The position numbers were made by a program, and so were the translations under genes. Positions 27,744 through 36,031 of a stretch of DNA of 64,000 nucleotides are shown here, piece after piece; the first letter of the stretch is position 1; each line of letters begins with the position of its first letter. Location: the NCBI GenBank assembly GCA_964529715.1, contig CAZGXI010000013.1, positions 45,716 through 109,715 of the forward strand, written 5' to 3'. The notes below the pieces were generated by a model, which was not told the DNA's origin, did not search any database, and was given only the letters and a program-made list of their open reading frames with translations. This stretch comes from an uncultured Anaerolineae bacterium (GTDB lineage: Bacteria; Chloroflexota; Anaerolineae; Aggregatilineales; Ch27).

Positions 27744-29678
27744 TTAGCTGCCCGACTCGGCTGTCGGCTCTTCGGTCGGTGTTTCCGTCGCTTCGCTTGT
27801 GGCTTCCTCGGTCGGGGTCTCGGTCGCTTGGGCTTCGGCGGCAGCCCGCGCCTCGGCCTCGATGAACTTTTCGACGGCGGTTTCCTGATAACCCTGGAAC
27901 GTCGCGTCGTCAAAGACGATCACCTGTTGGTCTTCCAACAGACTCCGACTGCTATTGGAGAGCAGATACCACACCAACGCCTGGACGGCAGGCCGGGCCA
28001 GAGCATCCTGGCTGATTTGGAGCGATACCGGACGCGCAAAGAGATAGCTACCGTCGCGGATCGTTTCCAGAGACGGTGTCACACAGCCGTTGCCTGCATC
28101 TACCGCCACCGGGATCACGTCTGCCTCGGTCGCCTGGAAGTCGGCAAAGTCCACATAGGTGATCGCGCCCTCAACGTTAGCAGTCGCAGCAGCGCGCCAC
28201 AGGCCGTCGTTATTTTCCTGCCGGGCATCGCGGCGCGGGTTGAGAATTTCCCGTGTGCTCTGGAACAACAAAAAGTCCGTCTGGCTCTCGCCATCACGCG
28301 GCAAGAAAATCGTCAGCGGCAGATCAGGAAAATCTTCGCCAAGCTGATTCCAGTTGGTCACACTGTTGTCACCCTGATCCTGCCATAGGTTGCCGATCTG
28401 CTCGGTAGTCAGGCAGGCGGCAAAATCGGCCTCTGCGGGAACGAGCATCACAACGGCCTGATGACCCAGCGGCACTTCCCACAGGGAAACGCCATTCTGT
28501 TCGCAAGCCGCAGCTTCTTCATCCGTCGGCGCGCGCGTGACCGTCGCCAGGTCGATCTCGCCGTTGCACAGCTTGCGGTAAGCAGCCGGGTTGCCGAACG
28601 CCGTCTTCGTGATGGTAACACCGGTATACACATCCGTAAAGGCGTTGGCAACGTCATTGAGCGGCGGGTATGCGGCGGCGGCATTTTCCACTGTCACCGT
28701 GCCGCTGACATCAAAGGCGATGGTATAGCGTGGCTCACCCTCAGAGAACTGCCGCCCGGTCACGCCTTCGGTCACGTTCGCCGTCGCCTGCTCGACCTGC
28801 GCCTCAGCCAGGGGAACAAACCCTTGCTCAGCCACCACCGCCTGGCCGTCTTCTGCCAGCATCGACTGCACCAGACCGGAAACGGCTTCCCGTTCCAGGC
28901 TGGCAGCATTGACGTACAGGTACAAGCCGCGCATAGCCGGATAGGAGCCGTCTGCGATGGATTCGGGCGATGGTGCGACGCAGCCCGCGCCTTCTAGTTC
29001 GTCCAGCGCGATCAGGCGCACGTCGGCCTCGCCGTCGGCAACGGCGTTCCAGGGCACAAGGCCCACCCCGGCCACATCTTCGGTCACACGGCTGACCAAC
29101 GTCTGAGGATCGCCTTCAATGGTTGCATCCGCGCGCAGGCCATCCCCTGGCAGCAGGTCGTCTAGCAGGCCATAAGCCGCGCTTCCCTGCGGTGGGGCAT
29201 AGGACACAAAGGACATGGCCCCCCAGTCCGGGTTGATCTGATTCCAGATGGTGGTGGTATTCGCCGCTGACGGCCCCCACAGAGTCGCCAACTGGGGAAA
29301 GGTCAGGCAATCGACAAAGGTGAAGGCCGGATTGGCGATCACGGCCAGCGCGTTGCTGCCGAGCGGCACTTCGACCCACTGAACATCATTTTCGGCGCAC
29401 GCAGCTTCTTCTGCTCGCGTGATGGGACGTGCAGCCATAGCAATATCGATCTCGCCACCGCACAGGTCTGCCAGGCCAGTATCCGTGCCGGTGATCTCGA
29501 CGGTGACAGCCGCGCCGCTTTGTTCCTGATAAGCATCGCTCAACGGCCCGACGACCGTCGAAACGAGTTGGGAGCCGCGCACCAGAATGGTCTCTTGCTG
29601 GGCCAGAACGAGCAGCGGGGCAGCCAGAATCATCAAGGCTAACAGGCAGAACAACGCCTGACGCCGGGGAAAGTTCAT
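27744..29678 (-). CDS. Secreted tandem (double) PstS-family phosphate-binding-protein-like protein
   Basis: The ATG at 29678 follows AGGAGAACC. Signal peptide MNFPRRQALFCLLALMILAAPLLVLAQQ. Two PBP units each carry the block G(E)IDxAxxxRPxTxxEExAC...W.VPLG. Acidic TE/P tail. Confidence 0.75.
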   Translation of the reverse strand: MNFPRRQALFCLLALMILAAPLLVLAQQETILVRGSQLVSTVVGPLSDAYQEQSGAAVTVEITGTDTGLADLCGGEIDIAMAARPITRAEEAACAENDVQWVEVPLGSNALAVIANPAFTFVDCLTFPQLATLWGPSAANTTTIWNQINPDWGAMSFVSYAPPQGSAAYGLLDDLLPGDGLRADATIEGDPQTLVSRVTEDVAGVGLVPWNAVADGEADVRLIALDELEGAGCVAPSPESIADGSYPAMRGLYLYVNAASLEREAVSGLVQSMLAEDGQAVVAEQGFVPLAEAQVEQATANVTEGVTGRQFSEGEPRYTIAFDVSGTVTVENAAAAYPPLNDVANAFTDVYTGVTITKTAFGNPAAYRKLCNGEIDLATVTRAPTDEEAAACEQNGVSLWEVPLGHQAVVMLVPAEADFAACLTTEQIGNLWQDQGDNSVTNWNQLGEDFPDLPLTIFLPRDGESQTDFLLFQSTREILNPRRDARQENNDGLWRAAATANVEGAITYVDFADFQATEADVIPVAVDAGNGCVTPSLETIRDGSYLFARPVSLQISQDALARPAVQALVWYLLSNSSRSLLEDQQVIVFDDATFQGYQETAVEKFIEAEARAAAEAQATETPTEEATSEATETPTEEPTAESGS

Positions 29679-29835
29679 CGCGGTTCTCCTTGTCACGGGT
29701 TTTGAACAGCAGAGTGCACGTTTTTGGCATTTTGACAGGCGGAGATTGTACACACTTAAGGGCAATTGTCCAGAGCAGGTCGGCAGGCCGCTGGTTTGCT
29801 CTCTGGGCCGCGTTCTGGCCCTGAAGTGCGTTTTG

Positions 29836-29844
29836 TGCTAGACT
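29836..29844 (+). promoter_or_regulatory. Candidate extended -10 promoter TGcTAGACT upstream of the Clp/RF-like gene
   Basis: TGCTAGACT ends 6 nt before the ATG at 29850. This implies either a leaderless start at 29850 or a 5' UTR for the ATG at 29904. Confidence 0.3.
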
Positions 29845-29903
29845 AATAAATGCTGTCTGCGGTTCAATGGACAGAGCGACTGGCATCGTCGGGAAGCAAT
29901 TCC

Positions 29904-32900
29904 ATGCAATTCAAGTTTCACCTGTACGTACAGAGACATCACAACCGCACCTATACCGTCACGCCGATCCCTTTTTTCGACATGACGACCTACGGCATCA
30001 ACCTGGATGAGATCAAGGCAGAGCTATCGGAAGCCCTGCAAGATCGCTTGAACGGAATGCCGCCGCAGTTTCTTCACAACATCGAATACGACGAAGGACT
30101 CACGCTGCACAAAGTACATGTGGAAGTGCGCCCCCTCGACCGTAAGACCCAAAAAAAGCGCCGCGAACAGGTCCGCCTGCTGTTCAGTGTGCTGGTGAAA
30201 AAGGATGAGGAAAGCGATCAACTGATTGTCACTGTACCAAAGGCCGGCCTGCCGCCGCTGAGCTTTTATGTCTACCAGTGGGACGAACTCCAACAAACGG
30301 CCAGCACCGAACTGGCCCATTGGCTGGACGGCCTGGCGCTGGATCAGTTATTGGAACTCCAACACGCGCGCAGCGAAACGCTGGAAACCCTAGAAGTAGA
30401 AATCCAACTCCGTAAGCCGAAAGAGGTCGCATCGTCTAACCCCTTTGAGCGACGTCTGGGCGAGGAAGAACAGCGTTTTTGGGCGTTGCGCGAAACCGGC
30501 ATCAACCTCACAGCCCAGGCTGCTGAAGGACGTTTTCGCAAAGTGTATCGGCGCGATGAGATTGTGCAGGAGGTGATGCACACACTGGCTGCCGGACGCC
30601 ACAACAGCGTGTTGATCAGTGGCCCAAGCGAGGCTGGGAAGACGGCCATCATGCGCGAGGTCGTGCGCCGCATCCAGCGCGAAGAGTGCGACGCGGCGCT
30701 GCTCAACCGCCAGGTGTGGATGCTCACGCCGGATCGCTTGATCGCGGGCGCGCAATATATCGGCACCTGGGAAGAGCGCCTCAAAGACATTGTGGCCGAG
30801 TGCCGCCAGAAACAGCACATCCTCTATGTGGAGGACCTGCCCGGCCTGATCGAGATCGGGCGCTGGTCCAAAAGCGATCAGAACGTCGCCCAGGCGCTGA
30901 AACCTCACATCGAAACCGGGGAGGTGATCGTGTTCGGCGAGGCCAGCGAGGAGCGCCTGCGCATGGGAGAAAGCCTGGCGCCGGGGTTCATCAACCTGTT
31001 CCGGGTCATTCATCTGGAGCCGCTGAGCGAAGATGAGACGATGTCGGTGCTGGGTCATGCGGCGCGCGACCTGGAACGGGAGATGGACATCCGTCTGGAA
31101 CCGTCTGCGGTCGAGGCTTCGGTGGAACTGACGCGGCGCTTCCTGCCTTACCGCTCATTCCCTGGCAAGGCGATCCGCCTGCTGGAAAGCGCCGCAGCGG
31201 ATATGGCGAAGACGCGCACGGGCTTCTTGCGGCCCGTCGTCCGGCGGGATCAGGTAATCACCACCTTTGCCGCGCAGACCGGAATGCCGGAGTTCATCAT
31301 CACAGACACAGCCCGCCTGGAACCTGCAGAGGTGGAAAAATACTTCCAAAGCCGCATTTTGGGCCAGGAAGAAGCCGTCCAGCGCATGGTAGACCTGGTA
31401 ACGACCATCAAGGCCGGACTCAACGACCCCGAAAAGCCGTTGGGGACGTTCATGTTCATCGGCCCGACGGGCGTCGGCAAGACGCAGATGGCCAAGACGC
31501 TGGCAGGTTATCTATTCGGGGATGAGGCGCGCCTGATCCGCTTCGACATGAGCGAGTACATGGGCGCCGACGGCGTGGCCCGGCTGATCGGCGCGTTCAA
31601 CATCGAGGGTGAACTGACACGCAAAGTGCGCGAACAGCCGTTTTGCGTGCTGCTGCTGGACGAGTTTGAGAAAGCCGACCCACGCATCTACGACATCTTT
31701 CTCCAGGTGCTGGGCGAAGGGCGGCTGACCAACGCGGCTGGCCGCACAACGTATTTTCACAACGCGATCATCATCATGACTAGCAACCTCGGTTCAGAGC
31801 AACGAGCCTTCCGCTCACCGGGGTTCGTGCAGGAAGCGGGCACAAACGCCGCCGACGATGCGCTGGCAACGCACTACCGTGCGCGTATCGAGGATTATTT
31901 CCGTCCGGAGTTTGTTAACCGCATCGACCAGATCGTGATCTTCAAACAGCTCACTCGCCAGGCGTTGCGACAGATCGCCGCGCGCGAATTGGGGGACATC
32001 CTGCTGCGAGACGGTATCACCCGCCGGAACATTGTCGTGGAAATTGACGACTCGGTAATCGACCTGGTGCTAGAAAAAGGCTATAGCCCCGTCTATGGAG
32101 CGCGACCGCTCAAACGCGAAATCGAGCGGCTGGTCGTCGCACCGATGGCCCGCGCGCTGGCCCTGCGCAACCCGCAGGATCAAACCCTGTTTCGCATCCA
32201 CGCTGAAGGGAACGACATCGCCCTGAAAGCCGTGCCGATTGACGACGCGGAACGTATGACCACCGTTGCCTTGAGCAGCGCGATGGATGTCGGCAGCGCC
32301 CGCCGGGTCAAACTAGATGGCCCCGGCCTGGTGGAAGGGTTCGCCGAACTGCGCCGCCAGCTTACCGACTGGGACGAGAGCGAAACCGTCGCCGAGATGC
32401 GCACCGCGAAAGAAGAACTGCTCAAAGCCACCGGAGAGCCGGACTTCTGGGATAACGGCGAGCGGGCGCGCGACGCTATGACGCGCTTCTACTTTCTGGA
32501 TCGACTACTGCGCCGCCTGCAACAGTTGATGGATCGCGCCGAATACCTGGAAGATTTCGCCATTCTGATCAATCGGGAGCGCGACGCGCGCTACCAGAGC
32601 GAACTGGCCTCTGATTACGAAGACCTGTATCGCAACGTCAGCTACCTGAATATCGAACTACTGACGGCCCATCTGCCCCATCGCAATCAAGCCATGATGC
32701 TGCTCACCAGTTTGGGAACGCCGTCAACCTCGCGGCAAAAGCCGCACGACGCTTGGGTGCGCCGCCTAAGCGAGATGTACCTGCGCTGGGCCGAGCGCAA
32801 AGGCTACGACCGCGACCTGTACTTGTTGACTGCCGACGAAGAAGCGCCCGGCGGTGGTCGGTTCGTCCATCTGACAGCGGGTAACTTTCGCGCCCTGCTT

Positions 32901-33347
32901 AAAAAGTATGCGCAATACGGCCCAACCGACGAAATCGCCATCTTCTGCCAGGGCGCAAATGTGTTCGGCTTCCTCAAAGGCGAACGCGGCGTGCACAAAC
33001 TGCTCGGCAAAGAGACGATGGCAGAAGAGCACGCACGGGTACAGGTATTCGCCATCCCGGACGGAACGAAGATCGAAGAATGGTTGGCCGACTATCAGCG
33101 CATCAAGGCAGACATCGCCGCCGGCAAACGCCCACCGCCGCCCGCCGAAAAACACAGCGTCATCCGCACCTATGCGCTGGATCGCAGCGACAAATACATC
33201 CGCGACATGCGCACCGGCGTGCGCCTCCCGAACGTCAAAGATGTGTTGGAAAAAGGATTGCTGGATGAATTTATTCTGGCCTACTTGAAAACTGAAGAGG
33301 CCGCCATCGCCTGGGAAGATCGCTTTCCGCCGACGTTTCCGTTTTGA
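29904..33347 (+). CDS. Clp/Hsp100-type double AAA+ ATPase fused to a C-terminal release-factor-2-like module lacking the GGQ domain
   Basis: D1 Walker A GPSEAGKT (30621..30644). D2 Walker A GPTGVGKT (31460..31483) and Walker B VLLLDEFEKA. C-terminal blocks EPDFWDNGERA, SEMYLRWAERKGY, FGFLKGERGVHKL and VIRTYALDRSDKYIRDMRTGV are colinear with RF2. Alternative start at 29850. Confidence 0.85.
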   Translation: MQFKFHLYVQRHHNRTYTVTPIPFFDMTTYGINLDEIKAELSEALQDRLNGMPPQFLHNIEYDEGLTLHKVHVEVRPLDRKTQKKRREQVRLLFSVLVKKDEESDQLIVTVPKAGLPPLSFYVYQWDELQQTASTELAHWLDGLALDQLLELQHARSETLETLEVEIQLRKPKEVASSNPFERRLGEEEQRFWALRETGINLTAQAAEGRFRKVYRRDEIVQEVMHTLAAGRHNSVLISGPSEAGKTAIMREVVRRIQREECDAALLNRQVWMLTPDRLIAGAQYIGTWEERLKDIVAECRQKQHILYVEDLPGLIEIGRWSKSDQNVAQALKPHIETGEVIVFGEASEERLRMGESLAPGFINLFRVIHLEPLSEDETMSVLGHAARDLEREMDIRLEPSAVEASVELTRRFLPYRSFPGKAIRLLESAAADMAKTRTGFLRPVVRRDQVITTFAAQTGMPEFIITDTARLEPAEVEKYFQSRILGQEEAVQRMVDLVTTIKAGLNDPEKPLGTFMFIGPTGVGKTQMAKTLAGYLFGDEARLIRFDMSEYMGADGVARLIGAFNIEGELTRKVREQPFCVLLLDEFEKADPRIYDIFLQVLGEGRLTNAAGRTTYFHNAIIIMTSNLGSEQRAFRSPGFVQEAGTNAADDALATHYRARIEDYFRPEFVNRIDQIVIFKQLTRQALRQIAARELGDILLRDGITRRNIVVEIDDSVIDLVLEKGYSPVYGARPLKREIERLVVAPMARALALRNPQDQTLFRIHAEGNDIALKAVPIDDAERMTTVALSSAMDVGSARRVKLDGPGLVEGFAELRRQLTDWDESETVAEMRTAKEELLKATGEPDFWDNGERARDAMTRFYFLDRLLRRLQQLMDRAEYLEDFAILINRERDARYQSELASDYEDLYRNVSYLNIELLTAHLPHRNQAMMLLTSLGTPSTSRQKPHDAWVRRLSEMYLRWAERKGYDRDLYLLTADEEAPGGGRFVHLTAGNFRALLKKYAQYGPTDEIAIFCQGANVFGFLKGERGVHKLLGKETMAEEHARVQVFAIPDGTKIEEWLADYQRIKADIAAGKRPPPPAEKHSVIRTYALDRSDKYIRDMRTGVRLPNVKDVLEKGLLDEFILAYLKTEEAAIAWEDRFPPTFPF

Positions 33348-33385
33348 AGTTATCGGCTCGCAGCGTTGCCGGAGGGGAATCCGTC

Positions 33386-33781
33386 ATGAGCCAACAAGAA
33401 GCAAAGCCATCTCGGATGGTGCTGTGGGTGGCGCGGCTGTCCCGCTGGCCGCGCGGGTTGCGTATGGCGCTCTGCGCCGTGATCGCGCTGCTGACGGTGG
33501 CGCTGGTGGTACAAATCGTGACGTTGATTGCAGGCGGCCCGGCAGAACAGTTCGAGGCCAGCACCGCCAGCACGATCCTGCTCCTGGCGGCAGGAGCCGG
33601 CTTGGTGGTCTACATGGTCGGTTGGTGGTCGTTGATCGGCTTCAGCGGCGATCCTCACCCGGTTCTGGGGACGCGCGCGGCAAACTTCTTGCTGTTCGGC
33701 CTGTTGGTGACGCTGGCGCTGTTGGTCTGGGCGCTGATCAGCACCATTATCGCCTTTCTGCCACCAGAAATCCCGATCTAG
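33386..33781 (+). CDS. Small hypothetical membrane protein (4 TM)
   Basis: GGAGGGG lies 8 nt before the ATG at 33386. Hydrophobic segments ALCAVIALLTVALVVQIVTLIA, ILLLAAGAGLVVYMVGWWSLIGF and FLLFGLLVTLALLVWALISTIIAFL. The ORF-track TTG at 33344 overlaps the upstream stop. Confidence 0.6.
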   Translation: MSQQEAKPSRMVLWVARLSRWPRGLRMALCAVIALLTVALVVQIVTLIAGGPAEQFEASTASTILLLAAGAGLVVYMVGWWSLIGFSGDPHPVLGTRAANFLLFGLLVTLALLVWALISTIIAFLPPEIPI

Positions 33782-33794
33782 CAGCCGACACGAT

Positions 33795-33987
33795 GTGCAG
33801 GTTTTGAGCGCCGGGAACTGAAGTCCCCGGCTACGGACGCAAAGTCCACTGAAGTGGACTGACAGCCACTGTCTCGATCTGCATTTTCAGTCCACTGAAG
33901 CGGACTTTGCGGACTTAGCCAGAGGTTCACCCCCTGGCGACCGGGGCAGACACAGTCGTTTTTGAAACTTGCACATTGCGTCAGCCG
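33795..33987. repeat. ~200-bp imperfect-palindromic intergenic repeat element, copy B
   Basis: Same element as 143..344. The ends GTGCAGGTTTTGAG ... TTTTGAAACTTGCAC are inverted repeats. Internal hairpins include AGTCCAC-TGAA-GTGGACT. Confidence 0.75.
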
Positions 33988-34048
33988 TCTATCGGCCTGG
34001 TGCTGGCCGAGGCGCCAGAAGGTGGCCTGTGTGTAAAGAGCAAACCTG

Positions 34049-34618
34049 GTGGCAATGCTTGCGTTTTTGCTGGCAGCGTGTTCCCCGCCGCCGCCACAGG
34101 CTGTAACCGCTACACCGGACCTGGAGATGGCTTCTGCCACGCCGGAGCCGGTGCTGCCAACCCCGACACGCCGCCCTTTGCCCCCCACCTGGACCCCCGC
34201 CGCCGGTCCGGCACAGGGCGCAGGGCCGACAACCACCTTCGAGCCTGTCACGCCACTCCCCACCCCGACCACGCGCACCGAGTGTCTGGAATTCCAGGCA
34301 GATTACCAGCGCATTGGCGATACCTTCACGCTGGGAACGTCGCCCACGATCTACTGGACGGCGGTCAGGGGAGCTTCCTATCGTGTTGAAATCCTCGACC
34401 CCCAGGGGATCGTGGTGCATGTCGGGATCGCGCCGGTGGGTTCAAGCAGCTACAACGTCCCGGCGGAAGTGTTCCAGGTCGATGAGCGGCTGTTTGGGAT
34501 GGGCACTGTGGCGGTATACACCTGGCGGCTGCTCGCCCTAGACGCGGCAGGCAACCAGATGTGCCAGACGCCCAGCGGCGAACTGATCCCACTCCCTATC
34601 CCTACCGAAGGGGGCTAA
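34049..34618 (+). CDS. Hypothetical lipoprotein with Pro/Thr-rich linker
   Basis: Lipobox LLAAC and a PPPPQAVTATP...PTPTT linker, then a ~100-aa beta-rich domain. GTG at 34049 or ATG at 34055. Confidence 0.6.
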   Translation: MAMLAFLLAACSPPPPQAVTATPDLEMASATPEPVLPTPTRRPLPPTWTPAAGPAQGAGPTTTFEPVTPLPTPTTRTECLEFQADYQRIGDTFTLGTSPTIYWTAVRGASYRVEILDPQGIVVHVGIAPVGSSSYNVPAEVFQVDERLFGMGTVAVYTWRLLALDAAGNQMCQTPSGELIPLPIPTEGG

Positions 34619-35355
34619 TCTCCGCTGCCCGTCGGGGACGCTTCATCCTTGTGCAAGACGTACAGTTCAAACGCCTCGGCGGTCCAGGGCAAGGCAGGCT
34701 TGAAGAAGGATTCGTAGATCGCGGCGGCGTAGGCGCGGATTTCGTACTGTGCATCATCGGCCAAGCGCAGGCGCAGGAAGTTCATCAGATTCCAGCCGTC
34801 CACCTTGACGATCCAGGTGTAGTATACGGCAAACCCCGGCAAAAAAAGCCGCGCCTGCTCCCGCGCGACGCCTTTTCGCAGCGCCGTTTCATACAACGCA
34901 TAGCCGCGCGCGTAGTGCTCAAGCAATTCCTGGGTGAGCTGCTCCCCCTCCGGCCCAACAAGCTCGCCCTTGCTGGCCTGCCTGTTGTCTGCCGATTGCA
35001 ACCGCCACACCGCAGGCGTGTAAAAGTCGTTTTCCTCAAACGGTGTGTAACGCCCAGACTGCGAATTGATGGATTGATAGTGAAAGGTTCTATGCCGGAC
35101 CCACTGCCAGTACGTCACCAGAGGTGCCCTAACACGGAACTTAAACTCGACCATCTCAAAAGGCGAGGTGTGTCGGTGGCGCAGCAGGTAGAAAAGCAAT
35201 TTCTTGTCCTTCTCGCTGCCTTTAGATTCGCCCAAAAAGGAGACCCGCGCCGCATTGACGATTGCCAGGTCGTCGCCCATCAGGTCTTGCAGTTCCACCC
35301 AGCCTTTTCCCGGCTCAAGCACATCCACGCGACGGCCCACAAGGTTCTTGTTCAC
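34615..35355 (-). CDS. thyX: FAD-dependent thymidylate synthase
   Basis: ThyX blocks DLAIVNAARVSF, LLRHRHTSPFEMVEFKF and VRHRTFHYQSINSQSGRY. 246 aa. Its stop overlaps the convergent lipoprotein stop. Confidence 0.85.
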   Translation of the reverse strand: MNKNLVGRRVDVLEPGKGWVELQDLMGDDLAIVNAARVSFLGESKGSEKDKKLLFYLLRHRHTSPFEMVEFKFRVRAPLVTYWQWVRHRTFHYQSINSQSGRYTPFEENDFYTPAVWRLQSADNRQASKGELVGPEGEQLTQELLEHYARGYALYETALRKGVAREQARLFLPGFAVYYTWIVKVDGWNLMNFLRLRLADDAQYEIRAYAAAIYESFFKPALPWTAEAFELYVLHKDEASPTGSGD

Positions 35356-35412
35356 AGATTTTCCTCACCAGGTCTATCCTCTTTTATCCAGGGACGCATT
35401 ATAGTCCCCCCA

Positions 35413-36030
35413 CTAGCGGGGCAATAGGGCAGCAAGCACCCGCAGCAGCAACACACTCAACCGCACCGTTACGATCACCAACAACGGCGTTGACAGAAAA
35501 GCGGCTGTGCCCAGCGCCGCACGGCGGAAGCGCCGCGCCCGCAAACGGTGACGCAGATCGTCGTCGGAGAGCCAGGGAACAATCGGATCGGAGGAACGGT
35601 ATCGCTCGATGCGCCCGCGCAGGTCTGCCAGCGCCGCCGGAAAATTCGCCAGCGGCAGGGTAGCGATCACATGCACGCGCGGGGGACGTGGGTCGGGTTC
35701 GCCCTCGAACGGCGGGCGGGGTTCAGCATAGGCCACTCCCAACGACATTGACGCCGCTTGGGGCCACGCGGCCAGGCCAACAATCTGCACGTAGGGAACA
35801 CGCCGGGAACGCAGACCCAGCGGTTGGCGCAGTGTGAGTGCATCGTCTTCCAGCAGCAGGCCAGAACGCCGGCGGGCCAGCTCGTAGCTGCCCCAGATCA
35901 GCGGCGGCAGGGCGAACAATCCCGCCAGCAGGCGCAGGCCAACGTCTGGCAGCAGCAACGCCAACAGCACAGCAGCGACCAAGAGAAAACCCGCCTGCCA
36001 CAGCGAGCCGGCAGAGCGATAGACGTACAT
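35413..36030 (-). CDS. Hypothetical membrane protein
   Basis: The ATG at 36030 immediately follows the ruvA stop (TGAATG). Two N-terminal TM segments and one C-terminal TM segment. The ORF-track start at 36063 would overlap ruvA by 32 nt. Confidence 0.5.
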   Translation of the reverse strand: MYVYRSAGSLWQAGFLLVAAVLLALLLPDVGLRLLAGLFALPPLIWGSYELARRRSGLLLEDDALTLRQPLGLRSRRVPYVQIVGLAAWPQAASMSLGVAYAEPRPPFEGEPDPRPPRVHVIATLPLANFPAALADLRGRIERYRSSDPIVPWLSDDDLRHRLRARRFRRAALGTAAFLSTPLLVIVTVRLSVLLLRVLAALLPR

Positions 36031-36031
36031 T

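Noticed and set aside
32440-33347. Possibility that the RF2-like region is a genuine prfB gene, or a prfB pseudogene fused by error
   Set aside because: It has no GGQ, no SPF/PxT tripeptide and no CUU-UGA frameshift site. The reading frame is continuous with the upstream AAA+ modules, and the blocks are in order. I interpret it as a bona fide fusion that lacks catalytic function, pending resequencing.
33778-34420. Three overlapping ORFs (33778..34278 minus, 33976..34389 plus, 33989..34420 minus) around repeat copy B
   Set aside because: They are built from the repeat element and from antisense or out-of-frame readings of the lipoprotein gene's Pro/Thr-rich region. The lipobox-bearing frame starting at 34049 is the only one with a protein-like signature.
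34561-35427. 288-aa plus-strand ORF antisense to thyX
   Set aside because: This is a shadow ORF. The minus-strand frame carries unmistakable ThyX motifs.
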